In this document: one piece after another, positions 45,312-54,819 of the stretch | How the letters are laid out: each line of letters opens with the position of its first letter | Position numbering within the stretch: position 1 is the stretch's first letter | Source: Collinsella sp. | GTDB lineage: Bacteria; Actinomycetota; Coriobacteriia; Coriobacteriales; Coriobacteriaceae | DNA length: 64,000 nt | Reading direction: 5' to 3' | Assembly (NCBI GenBank): GCA_036303765.1 | Contig: JAXIZX010000085.1 | Span: 15,540-79,539, forward strand | Translations under genes and position numbers: made by a program | The notes under the pieces: model-generated | Database searches by the model: none | Seen by the model: only the letters and a program-made list of their open reading frames with translations | Told to the model about the DNA's origin: nothing

Positions 45312-46466
45312 ATGAAGAACAACCCGATTGAAAAGATCCGCGACCTCCTGGCGGAGCCCGAGGCGCGCCGCAAGGCGGCGATCTGCGCCGGACTCGCCGC
45401 CGCGCTCGCCGTCGGCGGCGCCGGAATCGCCATCGCATCCAACCGACCCGAGCCGATTGACAGCACGCCTTCGGCCGTAGAGAAGGCCGGCGCCGACGAC
45501 AAGGAGGCGTCCGGCGCCGAATCCGTCGCCCCCGCCGACATCGCCAAGATATGCCCGACGCTCACGCTCGACGGGCAGGACGTCGGCGCCCCCGCCGACG
45601 AGGTCACCGTCACGACCGGCAAGGGCCGCGTCCTCGTGACGCAGCGCGTCGGCGACGATGCCGCCGCGACCGTGGACTCCACCGCCCGCCGCAGCGCCGC
45701 GCTCGCCCGCTCGCTCGACGGATGCGAGACCGGCGGCAAGACGATCGAGACCGTCACCTGGGCCGCGGTCGACGAGGGCGGCAACGTCCAGGTCGCCGTC
45801 ACGAACTCGCCTGCCACCGCGCCCTCCGGCGGCACCACCGCGGAGGTCGTCAACGGATCGGGCGGGCATGTGATATCCGACGGCGTCTGGAACTCCGACG
45901 GCGTGCATGACGCCGGCTACGAGCAGAACGCGGGAACGGTGACCGACTCGACCGGCGGCAAGATCGAGGCCGGTGCCGCCCCCAAGGCAGACGAGGGCGA
46001 CAAGGCGGACCCGGCCGAGGACGGTAGCGCGAAGGCCGACGACTCCGGTGCCGCCAAGACGGATACCAAGCACGACGCCAAGAAGAACGACTCGAAGGGC
46101 AACGCGGCGTCGCAGGCGCCCGGCGGCACGTCCGGTTCCTCGGCATCCGGCTCCGCCCCTGCGCAATCCCAGAAGAAATGGGTTCCCGAGCAGGGGCACT
46201 GGGAGACCGACTACGGCCAGGTCTGGGTCCCGAACGTCGTGTACGTGCGCCACGAGCGCTACTGGGTCGTTACCCCCAACGGCAATGTCGGGCCGTTCGA
46301 TTCTAAGTCTGCTGCAAATGCCTGGGTTTATAACGACATGGTTAACGGCGGCAAGGGAGGCTCCCTGCTTGACGACTCATACACCACCAGCGAGGACCAG
46401 GGGCATTATGAACAGCAGGCGACCGGCAGGCACTGGGTCGTGGACGTGGCCGGCCATTGGGAGTAG
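45312..46466 (+). CDS. membrane-anchored surface protein with Trp-rich C-terminal repeats
   Basis: N-terminal TM; WVPEQGHWE...DQGHYE...WVVDVAGHWE. Confidence 0.75.
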   Translation: MKNNPIEKIRDLLAEPEARRKAAICAGLAAALAVGGAGIAIASNRPEPIDSTPSAVEKAGADDKEASGAESVAPADIAKICPTLTLDGQDVGAPADEVTVTTGKGRVLVTQRVGDDAAATVDSTARRSAALARSLDGCETGGKTIETVTWAAVDEGGNVQVAVTNSPATAPSGGTTAEVVNGSGGHVISDGVWNSDGVHDAGYEQNAGTVTDSTGGKIEAGAAPKADEGDKADPAEDGSAKADDSGAAKTDTKHDAKKNDSKGNAASQAPGGTSGSSASGSAPAQSQKKWVPEQGHWETDYGQVWVPNVVYVRHERYWVVTPNGNVGPFDSKSAANAWVYNDMVNGGKGGSLLDDSYTTSEDQGHYEQQATGRHWVVDVAGHWE

Positions 46467-46554
46467 CCTTCGGGCGGTATCGCACACATGAGGCTCACGT
46501 GCTGTAAAATGACGACACCGATACAACCGGCAACGCGAAGATTGGAGCCAGAAG

Positions 46555-47874
46555 ATGAACAGCAGAACGCCCGAGCTCTCGCGGCTCACCCTCATGTGCA
46601 GCGACCACGAGGTCGCCGAGTTCACCTGGAACCATGACCGCCAGGCCGTGACCGGCAAGACCCACGTCCTCGATGCGGCGCATGCCCCCCTTATGGCGAC
46701 CGACCCATCGGGCAACATCACGCGCGACAGGCTCTCGAGCTGGTTCAAGAACAGGGGCATCCCCGATTTCCGCCCCGATGCCGCGGACCGCCTTCGCGCC
46801 GTCGGCTACCCGTCGGCCGCCTCCCTCATGGCCTCCGGTTTCGGCGCATCGCTGTCCGACCAATATTGGATCCGCCCCGCCGGATCCGCATCCACATGGC
46901 GCGACGTAAACTGCTTCGAGAACGATTTCAGCGAAGAGCTCGGCGAGCTGCTTCTTCCGCACGACGCCTCGTCGGTCCCCTCCCTCATCGAGAAGATCAG
47001 GGGCAACGCCGACCTCCTCGCCTCATCGCCCGATGCGGCCCTGAACGGCAACCTGCCGAAACGCTGGACGATCGAGGGCGGGCAGCGGATGCTGGTCAAG
47101 TCCGGGCGATCCTCCGGCAGGTTCCAGGAACCGTTCAACGAGAAGATCGCCAGCGTCCTGTGCTCGCGGCTGCTCGACGAGGGCGACTATGTCGCCTACG
47201 AGCTCGAGGACGGCGGCTTCATGAAGTGGACCTCCCGCTGCAAACCCATGACCGACCAGGTCACCGAGTTCGTGCCGGCCTGGGCGCTGCTCTGCTCGTC
47301 GAAACGCCCCTCGGACCTCGGGCTGCACGATTTCTACGTGTCCGCCTGCGCCGCCCACGGGCTCGACGTGCGCGAGGACGTGGAGAAGATGCTCGTCATC
47401 GACTACCTCATGGCGAACTTCGATAGGCACTGGAACAACTTCGGCGTGCTCATCGACAGCGAGAGCAGGGAATGGCTCCGCGCGGCGCCGGTGTTCGACA
47501 CCGGCGAAGCCCTCTGGTGCGACCGCGAGCTCTCCCAGCCCTTCGACGGCTACACGACCCCGCGGGCCGGCATGATGCGTCCCTTCGCCCGCAAGATCGA
47601 CGAACAGCTCGGCAGATATTGCCGCAACCTGTCCTGGTTCGACCCGTCCGGGCTCAAGGGCTTCTCGGAGGAGGCCTGCGACATCCTCCTCGGCAACCCG
47701 TTCATCGCCAACGAGCGCGGCAGAATCGACAAAATCAGGGAAGCGATCGACCTGCGCGCCATGATGCTGACCAGGCACGCCCATGAGATCAGCGGCGGGC
47801 GCGGGTTCATGGTTCCCGACATGGGCGCCGTTTGCGCGACCGGGGCGGCGAAGCGGACGGGGCTCCATCTGTAA
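46555..47874 (+). CDS. HipA-like kinase domain protein
   Basis: NGNLPKRW...LVK, EPFNE, DYLMANFDRHWNNFG, APVFDTG. Confidence 0.85.
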   Translation: MNSRTPELSRLTLMCSDHEVAEFTWNHDRQAVTGKTHVLDAAHAPLMATDPSGNITRDRLSSWFKNRGIPDFRPDAADRLRAVGYPSAASLMASGFGASLSDQYWIRPAGSASTWRDVNCFENDFSEELGELLLPHDASSVPSLIEKIRGNADLLASSPDAALNGNLPKRWTIEGGQRMLVKSGRSSGRFQEPFNEKIASVLCSRLLDEGDYVAYELEDGGFMKWTSRCKPMTDQVTEFVPAWALLCSSKRPSDLGLHDFYVSACAAHGLDVREDVEKMLVIDYLMANFDRHWNNFGVLIDSESREWLRAAPVFDTGEALWCDRELSQPFDGYTTPRAGMMRPFARKIDEQLGRYCRNLSWFDPSGLKGFSEEACDILLGNPFIANERGRIDKIREAIDLRAMMLTRHAHEISGGRGFMVPDMGAVCATGAAKRTGLHL

Positions 47875-47918
47875 TTCCCAAAAATCGAGCATCGTGCCCG
47901 CATATCGGTATGAAACGC

Positions 47919-47932
47919 TTCCCGATTGGGAA
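47919..47932 (+). promoter_or_regulatory. box variant TTCCCGATTGGGAA
   Basis: 29 bp before TACCGT (47962). Confidence 0.6.
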
Positions 47933-48009
47933 AAAGGGTTACAAACTTCGGCCCGCGGCCATACCGTGGTCGAATACCCCTCACCGCTTCTCACCGAAAG
48001 GGCCTCTCA

Positions 48010-49077
48010 ATGGGAAATATGAAATTCGACGGCGCGGACGTCACCTTCGAGCTCGACGGCTACGACGCCCTGGTCGAGCGCGTCCGCTCCAAGAAGGTCA
48101 ACTGCAAGATCAACCCCTCCGACCTCCCCAGGCTCTACGCCGTCATGGATGCCGAGCTCGAGGGCAACGAAGAGCTCGCCGCGGCATTCGCCGAGGCGCA
48201 GGAGGCGGCGTTCGGCGAAGCCGTGCTCACCGTCTGGGCCGAGCGCATCAAGAGCTTCAAGGACTCCTTCATCCCGGTGTTCGGCGAGGCTTGCAAGGAC
48301 GCCGCGTGCCGCTTCGGCTTCTCCAAGGACGGCAACAACACCTTCAAGTCCGCGGTCGAGGCCTTCGCGGCCAACATCTGCGACCTCTACGGCGCCGCAC
48401 CCCAGATCGTCGACGGCTTCTGCGAGTTCCTGGCGCGAAACGCCTGCCTCGAGTTCGACGGCTACGCCGCCGACATGCCCGTCCCCTGCCAGCTCTACGT
48501 GGCCGAGGGAATCTCGAAGATGGCCTACCAGCAGGCCATGAACAGCGTCCGCGGGTTCAAGCTCGACACGGACGCGTCCGTCGAGTTCGCCGACAAGTTC
48601 ATCAACGACAACGTCACGACCCCCGACAGCTTCATCCACCTGAACGACGCCTGCATCGCGATCGAGAACGTCAAGGCCGCGACCTCGACGCCCAGCGTCC
48701 CCGAGGCAGCCGTCGAGTTCGCCGTGACCCAGGCGGCCTTCGAGCACAAAACCGTCGACCACTTCGACGACGCGCTCCGCCCGGTATACGCCGACGAGAC
48801 CGATGCCGAGTTCGAGGACGTGGTCGATGCGGCGCAGGGCCTCGACGCGGATGCAACCGGCATCATCGCGCGCCCTGATACCGATCACCCCGCCCGCCCG
48901 GACGAGGCGACGTCGGCCCCGGTCCAGCCCGAGACGTACCGACAGGACGATTACCAGGACGCCTACCAGGGAGAGGGAGCGGGATATGCCCGACCCGAGA
49001 CCCATGGCGACATCCGCGGGCAGTACGGCCCCTATGGCCAGGACGCCTACGGCAGCACCTACAAGCAGGGCTACTAG
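48010..49077 (+). CDS. helical hypothetical protein with Tyr/Gln/Gly-rich tail
   Basis: GAAAGGG RBS; similar to the next ORF. Confidence 0.75.
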   Translation: MGNMKFDGADVTFELDGYDALVERVRSKKVNCKINPSDLPRLYAVMDAELEGNEELAAAFAEAQEAAFGEAVLTVWAERIKSFKDSFIPVFGEACKDAACRFGFSKDGNNTFKSAVEAFAANICDLYGAAPQIVDGFCEFLARNACLEFDGYAADMPVPCQLYVAEGISKMAYQQAMNSVRGFKLDTDASVEFADKFINDNVTTPDSFIHLNDACIAIENVKAATSTPSVPEAAVEFAVTQAAFEHKTVDHFDDALRPVYADETDAEFEDVVDAAQGLDADATGIIARPDTDHPARPDEATSAPVQPETYRQDDYQDAYQGEGAGYARPETHGDIRGQYGPYGQDAYGSTYKQGY

Positions 49078-49112
49078 GCCCATTTGAACCTCTGGAAAGA
49101 CAGGGTCGACTC

Positions 49113-50216
49113 ATGGCGGACGCACCCCCCGCAGCGTCGGGACAACGCTCGGTCACGCTCGATATCGGAGCAATCGGATCCGGGCTCGGTGACGGCATCG
49201 ATATCGAGGAGGCGTATCGACTCGTGGCAGCTGCTATGGAAAACGACGCGGAGCTCATGGCGGCGGTCGGCGCCGCCCGCGAGCGCGCGGTCGAGACGGT
49301 GAGGGGCAACCTCGCCGCCAAGTCCGCCCGCGGCGGGCTCGAGGAATACCGCCGCGCGCTGGACGCCGAGTTCGAGGGCACCATCGACGCCCTGACGGCA
49401 TCGATGGGCATGACGGCATCGCCCGACCAGAAGAACACCTTCAACTCCGCGTTCGACGCCTTCGCGGCCGCCAACGCCTCCATCTACAAGAGCAGCGCCG
49501 ACTTCCGGCGCGAGTGCGTCGACCTGCTCGCGAAGCGCGCCCTTGCCGAGCTCGGGAGCCCCGTGCCCGCCGATTTCGATGCGCAATCGCGCATCTCGGA
49601 CTACATCGGGGAGCTCTCACGCGAGCAGGCCGCCAAGACGATCTCCTCGCTCCACGGCCTCAAGGTCTCCGAAGTTCTCGCCGCCGGGCGCAAGCGCATC
49701 GCCCAGGCCCTGGGCGAGCTGATGCGCCGCCTGCGCGCCGTCCCCAAACCCGCGAAGGCCACGGCCGAACCGCGCCAGGCGTCCCCGGCGCCCGCCCCGG
49801 CAACGGCGGCGGCTCCGGTGCCGCGCGAGGCCGGGCTCGAGTCCGCAGCCGAGCCAGCCGAGGCAGCGCCCGCACCGAAGCATGCGGCGGCGAAGCCGGC
49901 GGCCGCGGCGGACGACGAGCGCCTGCGAGACCTCATCAACGGCATCGGCACCTCGCTCAGGTCCGGACTCCCGGCAGGCACGCGCGGGCGCCACGCCGCC
50001 CGCGCCAAGGTCGCCCTCGACGAGATCGACGAGCCGGCCACGGCCGACAACATCGTCGAGTTCAAGCCGCGCGACGCCGAGCGCGAGAGGGAGCGCAGCG
50101 CGGCGATCGACTCGCGCGTTCCGGCCGTCCCCCCGGCGCGCGTCGCCGCGGCGGCGGGCGCTGCATGCGCGAGCGCCGCGGCGCCCGTCAGGAACTACTC
50201 GCTCAACCTCAGGTAG
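49113..50216 (+). CDS. hypothetical protein, probable paralog of 48010-49077, with Ala-rich tail
   Basis: KNTFNSAFDAFAA versus NNTFKSAVEAFAA. Confidence 0.75.
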   Translation: MADAPPAASGQRSVTLDIGAIGSGLGDGIDIEEAYRLVAAAMENDAELMAAVGAARERAVETVRGNLAAKSARGGLEEYRRALDAEFEGTIDALTASMGMTASPDQKNTFNSAFDAFAAANASIYKSSADFRRECVDLLAKRALAELGSPVPADFDAQSRISDYIGELSREQAAKTISSLHGLKVSEVLAAGRKRIAQALGELMRRLRAVPKPAKATAEPRQASPAPAPATAAAPVPREAGLESAAEPAEAAPAPKHAAAKPAAAADDERLRDLINGIGTSLRSGLPAGTRGRHAARAKVALDEIDEPATADNIVEFKPRDAERERERSAAIDSRVPAVPPARVAAAAGAACASAAAPVRNYSLNLR

Positions 50217-50232
50217 CATCTCCTTTCCGTCA

Positions 50233-50265
50233 GCCCCCGCTTCCCGTTCGGGAAACGGGGGCTTT
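50233..50265 (+). promoter_or_regulatory. TTCCCGTTCGGGAA box (50241-50254) inside a terminator-like hairpin
   Basis: GCCCCCG-C-TTCCCG-TT-CGGGAA-A-CGGGGGC-TTT; 39 bp before TACGAT (50294). Confidence 0.7.
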
Positions 50266-50336
50266 CGCATACCCAAAAGACGACGCCCGCCGATACGATT
50301 GCCTGGAATATCAACTTTCCGTCGAAAGGGGAAGCC

Positions 50337-51254
50337 ATGCCGGACAATGATGACCTCCGCATGAACCAGAACGAGACCCTTAACTGCAAGCTCGCCCTTA
50401 TGGGCGTCTGGACGGAGGCGTGCCGCGAAGCCGCCGCATACTTCGGGGTCAACCCGGACGGCTCGGGCAACTTCTCGTCCGTCACCCAGGCGCAGGCGGG
50501 CTCGACCGCGGGCACGCTCGCCGTGGACGGGATCTCGGCCGACGAGATGACGAGCCGCCTGGCGGCGTCGCTCGTCGAGCACTTCCCGGACAAGACCGAC
50601 ATCATCACCGGCGACCCGGCCGCGGCCAAGGCCTACGTCAAGCAGTACGTCGTCGACCTCGCCAACCACCAGGCGCTCGCCCAGGCGCGAACGAACAGCA
50701 AGCTGTTCCACAAGCAGCTCAACCGTGCCGCCGTGGGCCTGGCCGATGAACACGGCCCGTACGCCCCCGTGCCCGCCGCCGAGGAGGAGTTCGACATGTG
50801 CGTGCCCCTCATGGACGGCACGATCGAGGAGAACAGCGAGGAGGTCGCCGAGTTCAGCCGCGAGCTCGACCGCACCGGCATCCGCTACAAGTTCAGCGAG
50901 CTGGCCGCCGCCGGATCCGCGAAGGTGCAGACCTGCCTCGAGTTCATGTCCCGCGACATCAAGGCCGTCCAGGCCGCATGCACCCGCGCGGCCCAGAACA
51001 TCTCGGCGCGCGGACGGGCGTTCGCCGACAAGGTGAAGTGCGTGCCGCTCGTGCTGTCCGCCGCGGCGCAGGGCATCTCGGACGCCGTGCGCGACGCCGC
51101 CGAGCTCATGGACAAGGGCTATGAGGAGATCAAGGCGGCGGCCGCCAAGGACCCGCGCTCGGTGGCGGCGGCCGCCAAGCACTGCGCCGACGCCACGGCG
51201 AACGTGCCCACGCGCCATCTCCCCAAGGCCTCGCACGGCGCGCACATGGGCTAG
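50337..51254 (+). CDS. hypothetical protein with Ala-rich tail
   Basis: ends DPRSVAAAAKHCADA...GAHMG. Confidence 0.75.
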   Translation: MPDNDDLRMNQNETLNCKLALMGVWTEACREAAAYFGVNPDGSGNFSSVTQAQAGSTAGTLAVDGISADEMTSRLAASLVEHFPDKTDIITGDPAAAKAYVKQYVVDLANHQALAQARTNSKLFHKQLNRAAVGLADEHGPYAPVPAAEEEFDMCVPLMDGTIEENSEEVAEFSRELDRTGIRYKFSELAAAGSAKVQTCLEFMSRDIKAVQAACTRAAQNISARGRAFADKVKCVPLVLSAAAQGISDAVRDAAELMDKGYEEIKAAAAKDPRSVAAAAKHCADATANVPTRHLPKASHGAHMG

Positions 51255-51289
51255 ACATTTCAGACGAGACAACGGCCCGGGAGGCCATA

Positions 51290-52165
51290 ATGTTCAAGAC
51301 CTGTAGCGACCCGGACTTCAACTGGGTCCACTGCCTTTGCGATTCGGCCACCTGGGTCGTCAAGGAGCCCGGCAAGCCCATCGGCTTCTTCTACTCGCGA
51401 CTGTTCGACGATGCGCTCTCGCCGTCGGGCCTCGGCTTCGCCGTCGACGCCTTCCGCATCGACGAGGACGGCACGCTCGACGACTTCTACAGCGATATCC
51501 TCTGGGACTACGGCGCGGCCGACGAGCTGATAGCGGCCTACCCCAATAAGTTCAGCTGCGCGGTTCGATGCGACGGGCTCAACCCGTACGACATTCCGAC
51601 GAGCTGGAGCCATGGCGAGGCCGAGCGCTTCCGCGCGCGCGACACCGTGCTCGCGGCTGTCGATATGCTCATCGACGATGCCGACGAGACCGGCATCGAC
51701 GCCTGCCCCGAGTTCTACCGCAACGACTACATCAGCATGTACATCAAAACGCAGGGCCTCGGCGAGCGCGTGAAGGTCGGCGGCGCCGAGGCCTTGCGCT
51801 TCTCGGTCGTCTCGACCGACTGCTCATGCGGCGATGACGAGAAGGGCGACTTCGAGACCCTGGGCGAGGCCATGAGGGCGGCCAAGAGGCTGGTCGACGT
51901 CGAGGGCTATGAGGGCGCCGCGGTCTACGACCGCAAGCAGGAGGCCTGGTGCGCGGGATGCAACGTCGCGACCGTCATCGACATGAACGGCCCGGCATCC
52001 GTCACGCATCCGTTCTGGACGATCACCTGCGAGGCCGAGAAGAGGGAGCCCGCACAGCGGGCCGCCGCGCTCGAGCGCGCGCAGGCCATCGACCGCGCCA
52101 AGGACGCCGCCGCGCGCACGGCGCGACCTAGCGGCGCGCATTACCGTCCCCGCCGCGCACAGTAG
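51290..52165 (+). CDS. acidic hypothetical protein with Ala/Arg-rich tail
   Basis: GGAGG RBS; coding bias. Confidence 0.75.
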   Translation: MFKTCSDPDFNWVHCLCDSATWVVKEPGKPIGFFYSRLFDDALSPSGLGFAVDAFRIDEDGTLDDFYSDILWDYGAADELIAAYPNKFSCAVRCDGLNPYDIPTSWSHGEAERFRARDTVLAAVDMLIDDADETGIDACPEFYRNDYISMYIKTQGLGERVKVGGAEALRFSVVSTDCSCGDDEKGDFETLGEAMRAAKRLVDVEGYEGAAVYDRKQEAWCAGCNVATVIDMNGPASVTHPFWTITCEAEKREPAQRAAALERAQAIDRAKDAAARTARPSGAHYRPRRAQ

Positions 52166-52179
52166 AGGGAAGCATAGAT

Positions 52180-53319
52180 ATGGACGACTACGATATCGAG
52201 CTCACGCCGAACGATCCCGAGTTCGGTCCCGACGAGTGCGAGAGCGCCTATGCCCTCTGGGCCTTCAAGGAGGACGGCGAGCCCGTCAAGTTCCTCGAGG
52301 CCTCCCTTGTCGAGGACCCGGACTACCCTAGCGGCTATTCCTTCTCCTGGCGCAGCCTGTCGTGCGACAGGACCGGAAAACTCGTCGAGGGCGAGGGTGG
52401 CGTTATCGGGGACGTCTCCCGCGCCGACTATGTCGCGGACATGGTGCTCCCCGGCGGGGCCGTCTTCTCGCAGGTCGAGGATGAATACCTACCGAATCTG
52501 CCGTATTCCTTCGAGAAGGACAGTCTGAGCGACAGCGCGAGGAAGTCGGCGGCCGAGGCAATCCGCGGAGCGATCCTGTCGCTGCCGCTCTCCGTCCCGG
52601 AGACGACGGAGGCAATACCGGCCTTCTACAGGCTCGACAACCCCGCCATGCCCGACGACCCCCTCACCCGCGACATGCTCGCCGACGCACTCCAATCGGT
52701 GGAGAACTACCATCGCGGCGGCGCTATCGACACCCTGCTGTGCAACCGGGACGGGATGAGCGTCGCGAAGCAGGCCCTCATCGTCTCCGCGGCGAAGGGC
52801 TTGCGGTCCAACAGCGGCCTGTTCGATGCGATGTCCCGCGCCGTCGGGTTGATCCGCGCGACCGAGGGCTCCGCCGCGGGCGTCAGCGACTGCGCGCTCG
52901 CGCAGAGTCTCCTCATTACCGGGTTCCACCACATGCAGAACCGGTGTTTCGATACCGTCTCGCACGGCCTAGGAGACGTCCGCTACATGGACACCTCCAA
53001 AGCCGTGAAGATCTTCGCCGAGGAGCTGACGCGGGATACCGGCCTCGCCCTCGATGCGGCGCTCAAGGGGAAGTATGCCATGCGCTACGGTCGAGACGTC
53101 GATGCGCTCATATTCACCGATGCCGATATCGACGAATATGCCGAACTTCTCGGCAACTGCTGTGCCGACCTCGATCCCGAACAGCGCTCTAAGGCCGCCG
53201 CCGATGCGGTACGCGAGTGGTGCCGCGACCACGCCATGGACGGCTTCAGCGACTTCCTCTATGACTACCAGCCCGAACAGGTCAAGGGTATGGCGCGAAA
53301 CACCGGCGTCAGGCATTGA
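52180..53319 (+). CDS. acidic hypothetical protein
   Basis: RBS; coding bias. Confidence 0.75.
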   Translation: MDDYDIELTPNDPEFGPDECESAYALWAFKEDGEPVKFLEASLVEDPDYPSGYSFSWRSLSCDRTGKLVEGEGGVIGDVSRADYVADMVLPGGAVFSQVEDEYLPNLPYSFEKDSLSDSARKSAAEAIRGAILSLPLSVPETTEAIPAFYRLDNPAMPDDPLTRDMLADALQSVENYHRGGAIDTLLCNRDGMSVAKQALIVSAAKGLRSNSGLFDAMSRAVGLIRATEGSAAGVSDCALAQSLLITGFHHMQNRCFDTVSHGLGDVRYMDTSKAVKIFAEELTRDTGLALDAALKGKYAMRYGRDVDALIFTDADIDEYAELLGNCCADLDPEQRSKAAADAVREWCRDHAMDGFSDFLYDYQPEQVKGMARNTGVRH

Positions 53320-53337
53320 CAGGTTTTCGGGGCGGTG

Positions 53338-53703
53338 TCAGGGGCGCAGGCCGATTTGGACCGATGCCGCCCGCCCGGCCGTCGCCGCGGCCGCCTCGCG
53401 GGCTGCCATGCGTATAGCCGCCGGGGAAGGCAGGCCCATCTCGGAACGCTTCGCGTACACGGCTGAAAGCGAGTGGCCGGTCTCGGCCGCGATCTGCTTG
53501 GGCGACGCGGCGTAGTCCCGCAACCGGCCGAGCTCGTCTGCCGTCCACCTGGTCCGGCAGATACCTCGGCGGGAGCGCGCCGCCCTCACGGCCATCTCGG
53601 TCCGCCCCGTCGCGGCGGCCACGTCCGCGGCGGCAAGCGACCTGTCGGCGAGCAATTCGAGCTCGGCGTCCGTCCAATGGCGATATACCGCGGCGTCTTC
53701 CAT
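53338..53703 (-). CDS. protein with two Myb/SANT-like HTH repeats
   Basis: WTDAELELL...VAAATGRTEMAV and WTADELGRL...IAAETGHSLSAV. Confidence 0.75.
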   Translation of the reverse strand: MEDAAVYRHWTDAELELLADRSLAAADVAAATGRTEMAVRAARSRRGICRTRWTADELGRLRDYAASPKQIAAETGHSLSAVYAKRSEMGLPSPAAIRMAAREAAAATAGRAASVQIGLRP

Positions 53704-53773
53704 CGCAGCCCCCTCATCGTATGTAGCAGAATCTCTGGACTCATACCCATCGGGCGCCCGGTGATTTCAGCAC

Positions 53774-53787
53774 TTCCCGTTCGGAAA
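53774..53787 (+). promoter_or_regulatory. TTCCCGTTCGGAAA box
   Basis: 38 bp before GACAAT (53826). Confidence 0.65.
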
Positions 53788-53902
53788 GCGTTTTTCTTCA
53801 CGGGATTACGGTCGCCGCGAGGACGGACAATCCCTTAAACGCGAAACCTGACTATCGGAGGTTTCAATGAGCGATGCATCGATGCGACGCGGCATAGGGG
53901 GC

Positions 53903-53916
53903 TTCCCGTTCGGGAA
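53903..53916 (+). promoter_or_regulatory. TTCCCGTTCGGGAA box upstream of ardA
   Basis: 29 bp before TAACAT (53946). Confidence 0.7.
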
Positions 53917-53997
53917 ACACCGTGGTGCCGCACATGCGGCGCGGATAACATCGACGCCAAGCACCTATCCGCCATCTGTCCTGTGGAGCTGATCTGT

Positions 53998-54807
53998 ATG
54001 GCAAATAACGATTTCCGCGACGGCTTCGACGTCTGCGTGGGCAACTGGGGCTACTACAGCGAGGGAGAGCTTCGCGATACCTGGATGCACCTGCCGATTG
54101 ATCCCGACAAGATCGAGCCCTGGCTGCGTAGCCACGGGCTCGTCGACGCGGAGCACGAGGAGACCTATATCTCCGACTACGATGGGCTGCCGTTCCGCTG
54201 CCCCCAGGTGTTCGATGAGTACGGCCGGCTCGACAAGCTGAACGTCCTCGCGATGCAGCTCACGCTCCTTCCCGAAGGGGACTTGGCCCATATCCAGGCC
54301 GCTATCGATTACGGCGAGCCCCTGGACCATCTCGACGAGCTCATGAACCTCGTGGCGCAGGCAGACGAGCTGCCCGTATTCGACTACCTCTATGACGATA
54401 TGTATGTCGAGGACCAGTGGCATAAGACCTGCCTCGAGCGTTCGACGCCGCAGGAGAACTATGCGTACACCGTCCTCAACGACGATTCCGAGTTCTGGAA
54501 CCTCATGAACCGAGGAGACGGCGAACTCCTCTCCTGCTTCGACTTCAACCGCTACGGCGAGATCGCCGTGAACAACGGCTATGTCGACCTGTGCGAGACC
54601 TGCTATGTCAACAAGGGCGGCGACTGGCCGCTGCTCGACGAGTACTCGTTCGAGGAGATCGGGGGCGAGACCGTGGCCGAGTGGCGCGGGCGTGTCGCCC
54701 AGGAGAAGCCCGCAGCACCGTCCGAGATCGCCTATGCCGCCAGCGCCCTTGCGGCGCTCAGCGCCGACGACGGTGCCGGCGGCACCGCACGCGCCGCGAA
54801 ACTGTAG
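53998..54807 (+). CDS. ardA: antirestriction protein ArdA with Ala-rich tail
   Basis: VGNWGYYSEGELRDTWMHLP, EETYISDYD, LDKLN, FDFNRYG; very acidic. Confidence 0.88.
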   Translation: MANNDFRDGFDVCVGNWGYYSEGELRDTWMHLPIDPDKIEPWLRSHGLVDAEHEETYISDYDGLPFRCPQVFDEYGRLDKLNVLAMQLTLLPEGDLAHIQAAIDYGEPLDHLDELMNLVAQADELPVFDYLYDDMYVEDQWHKTCLERSTPQENYAYTVLNDDSEFWNLMNRGDGELLSCFDFNRYGEIAVNNGYVDLCETCYVNKGGDWPLLDEYSFEEIGGETVAEWRGRVAQEKPAAPSEIAYAASALAALSADDGAGGTARAAKL

Positions 54808-54819
54808 GGGGCGGCCGCC

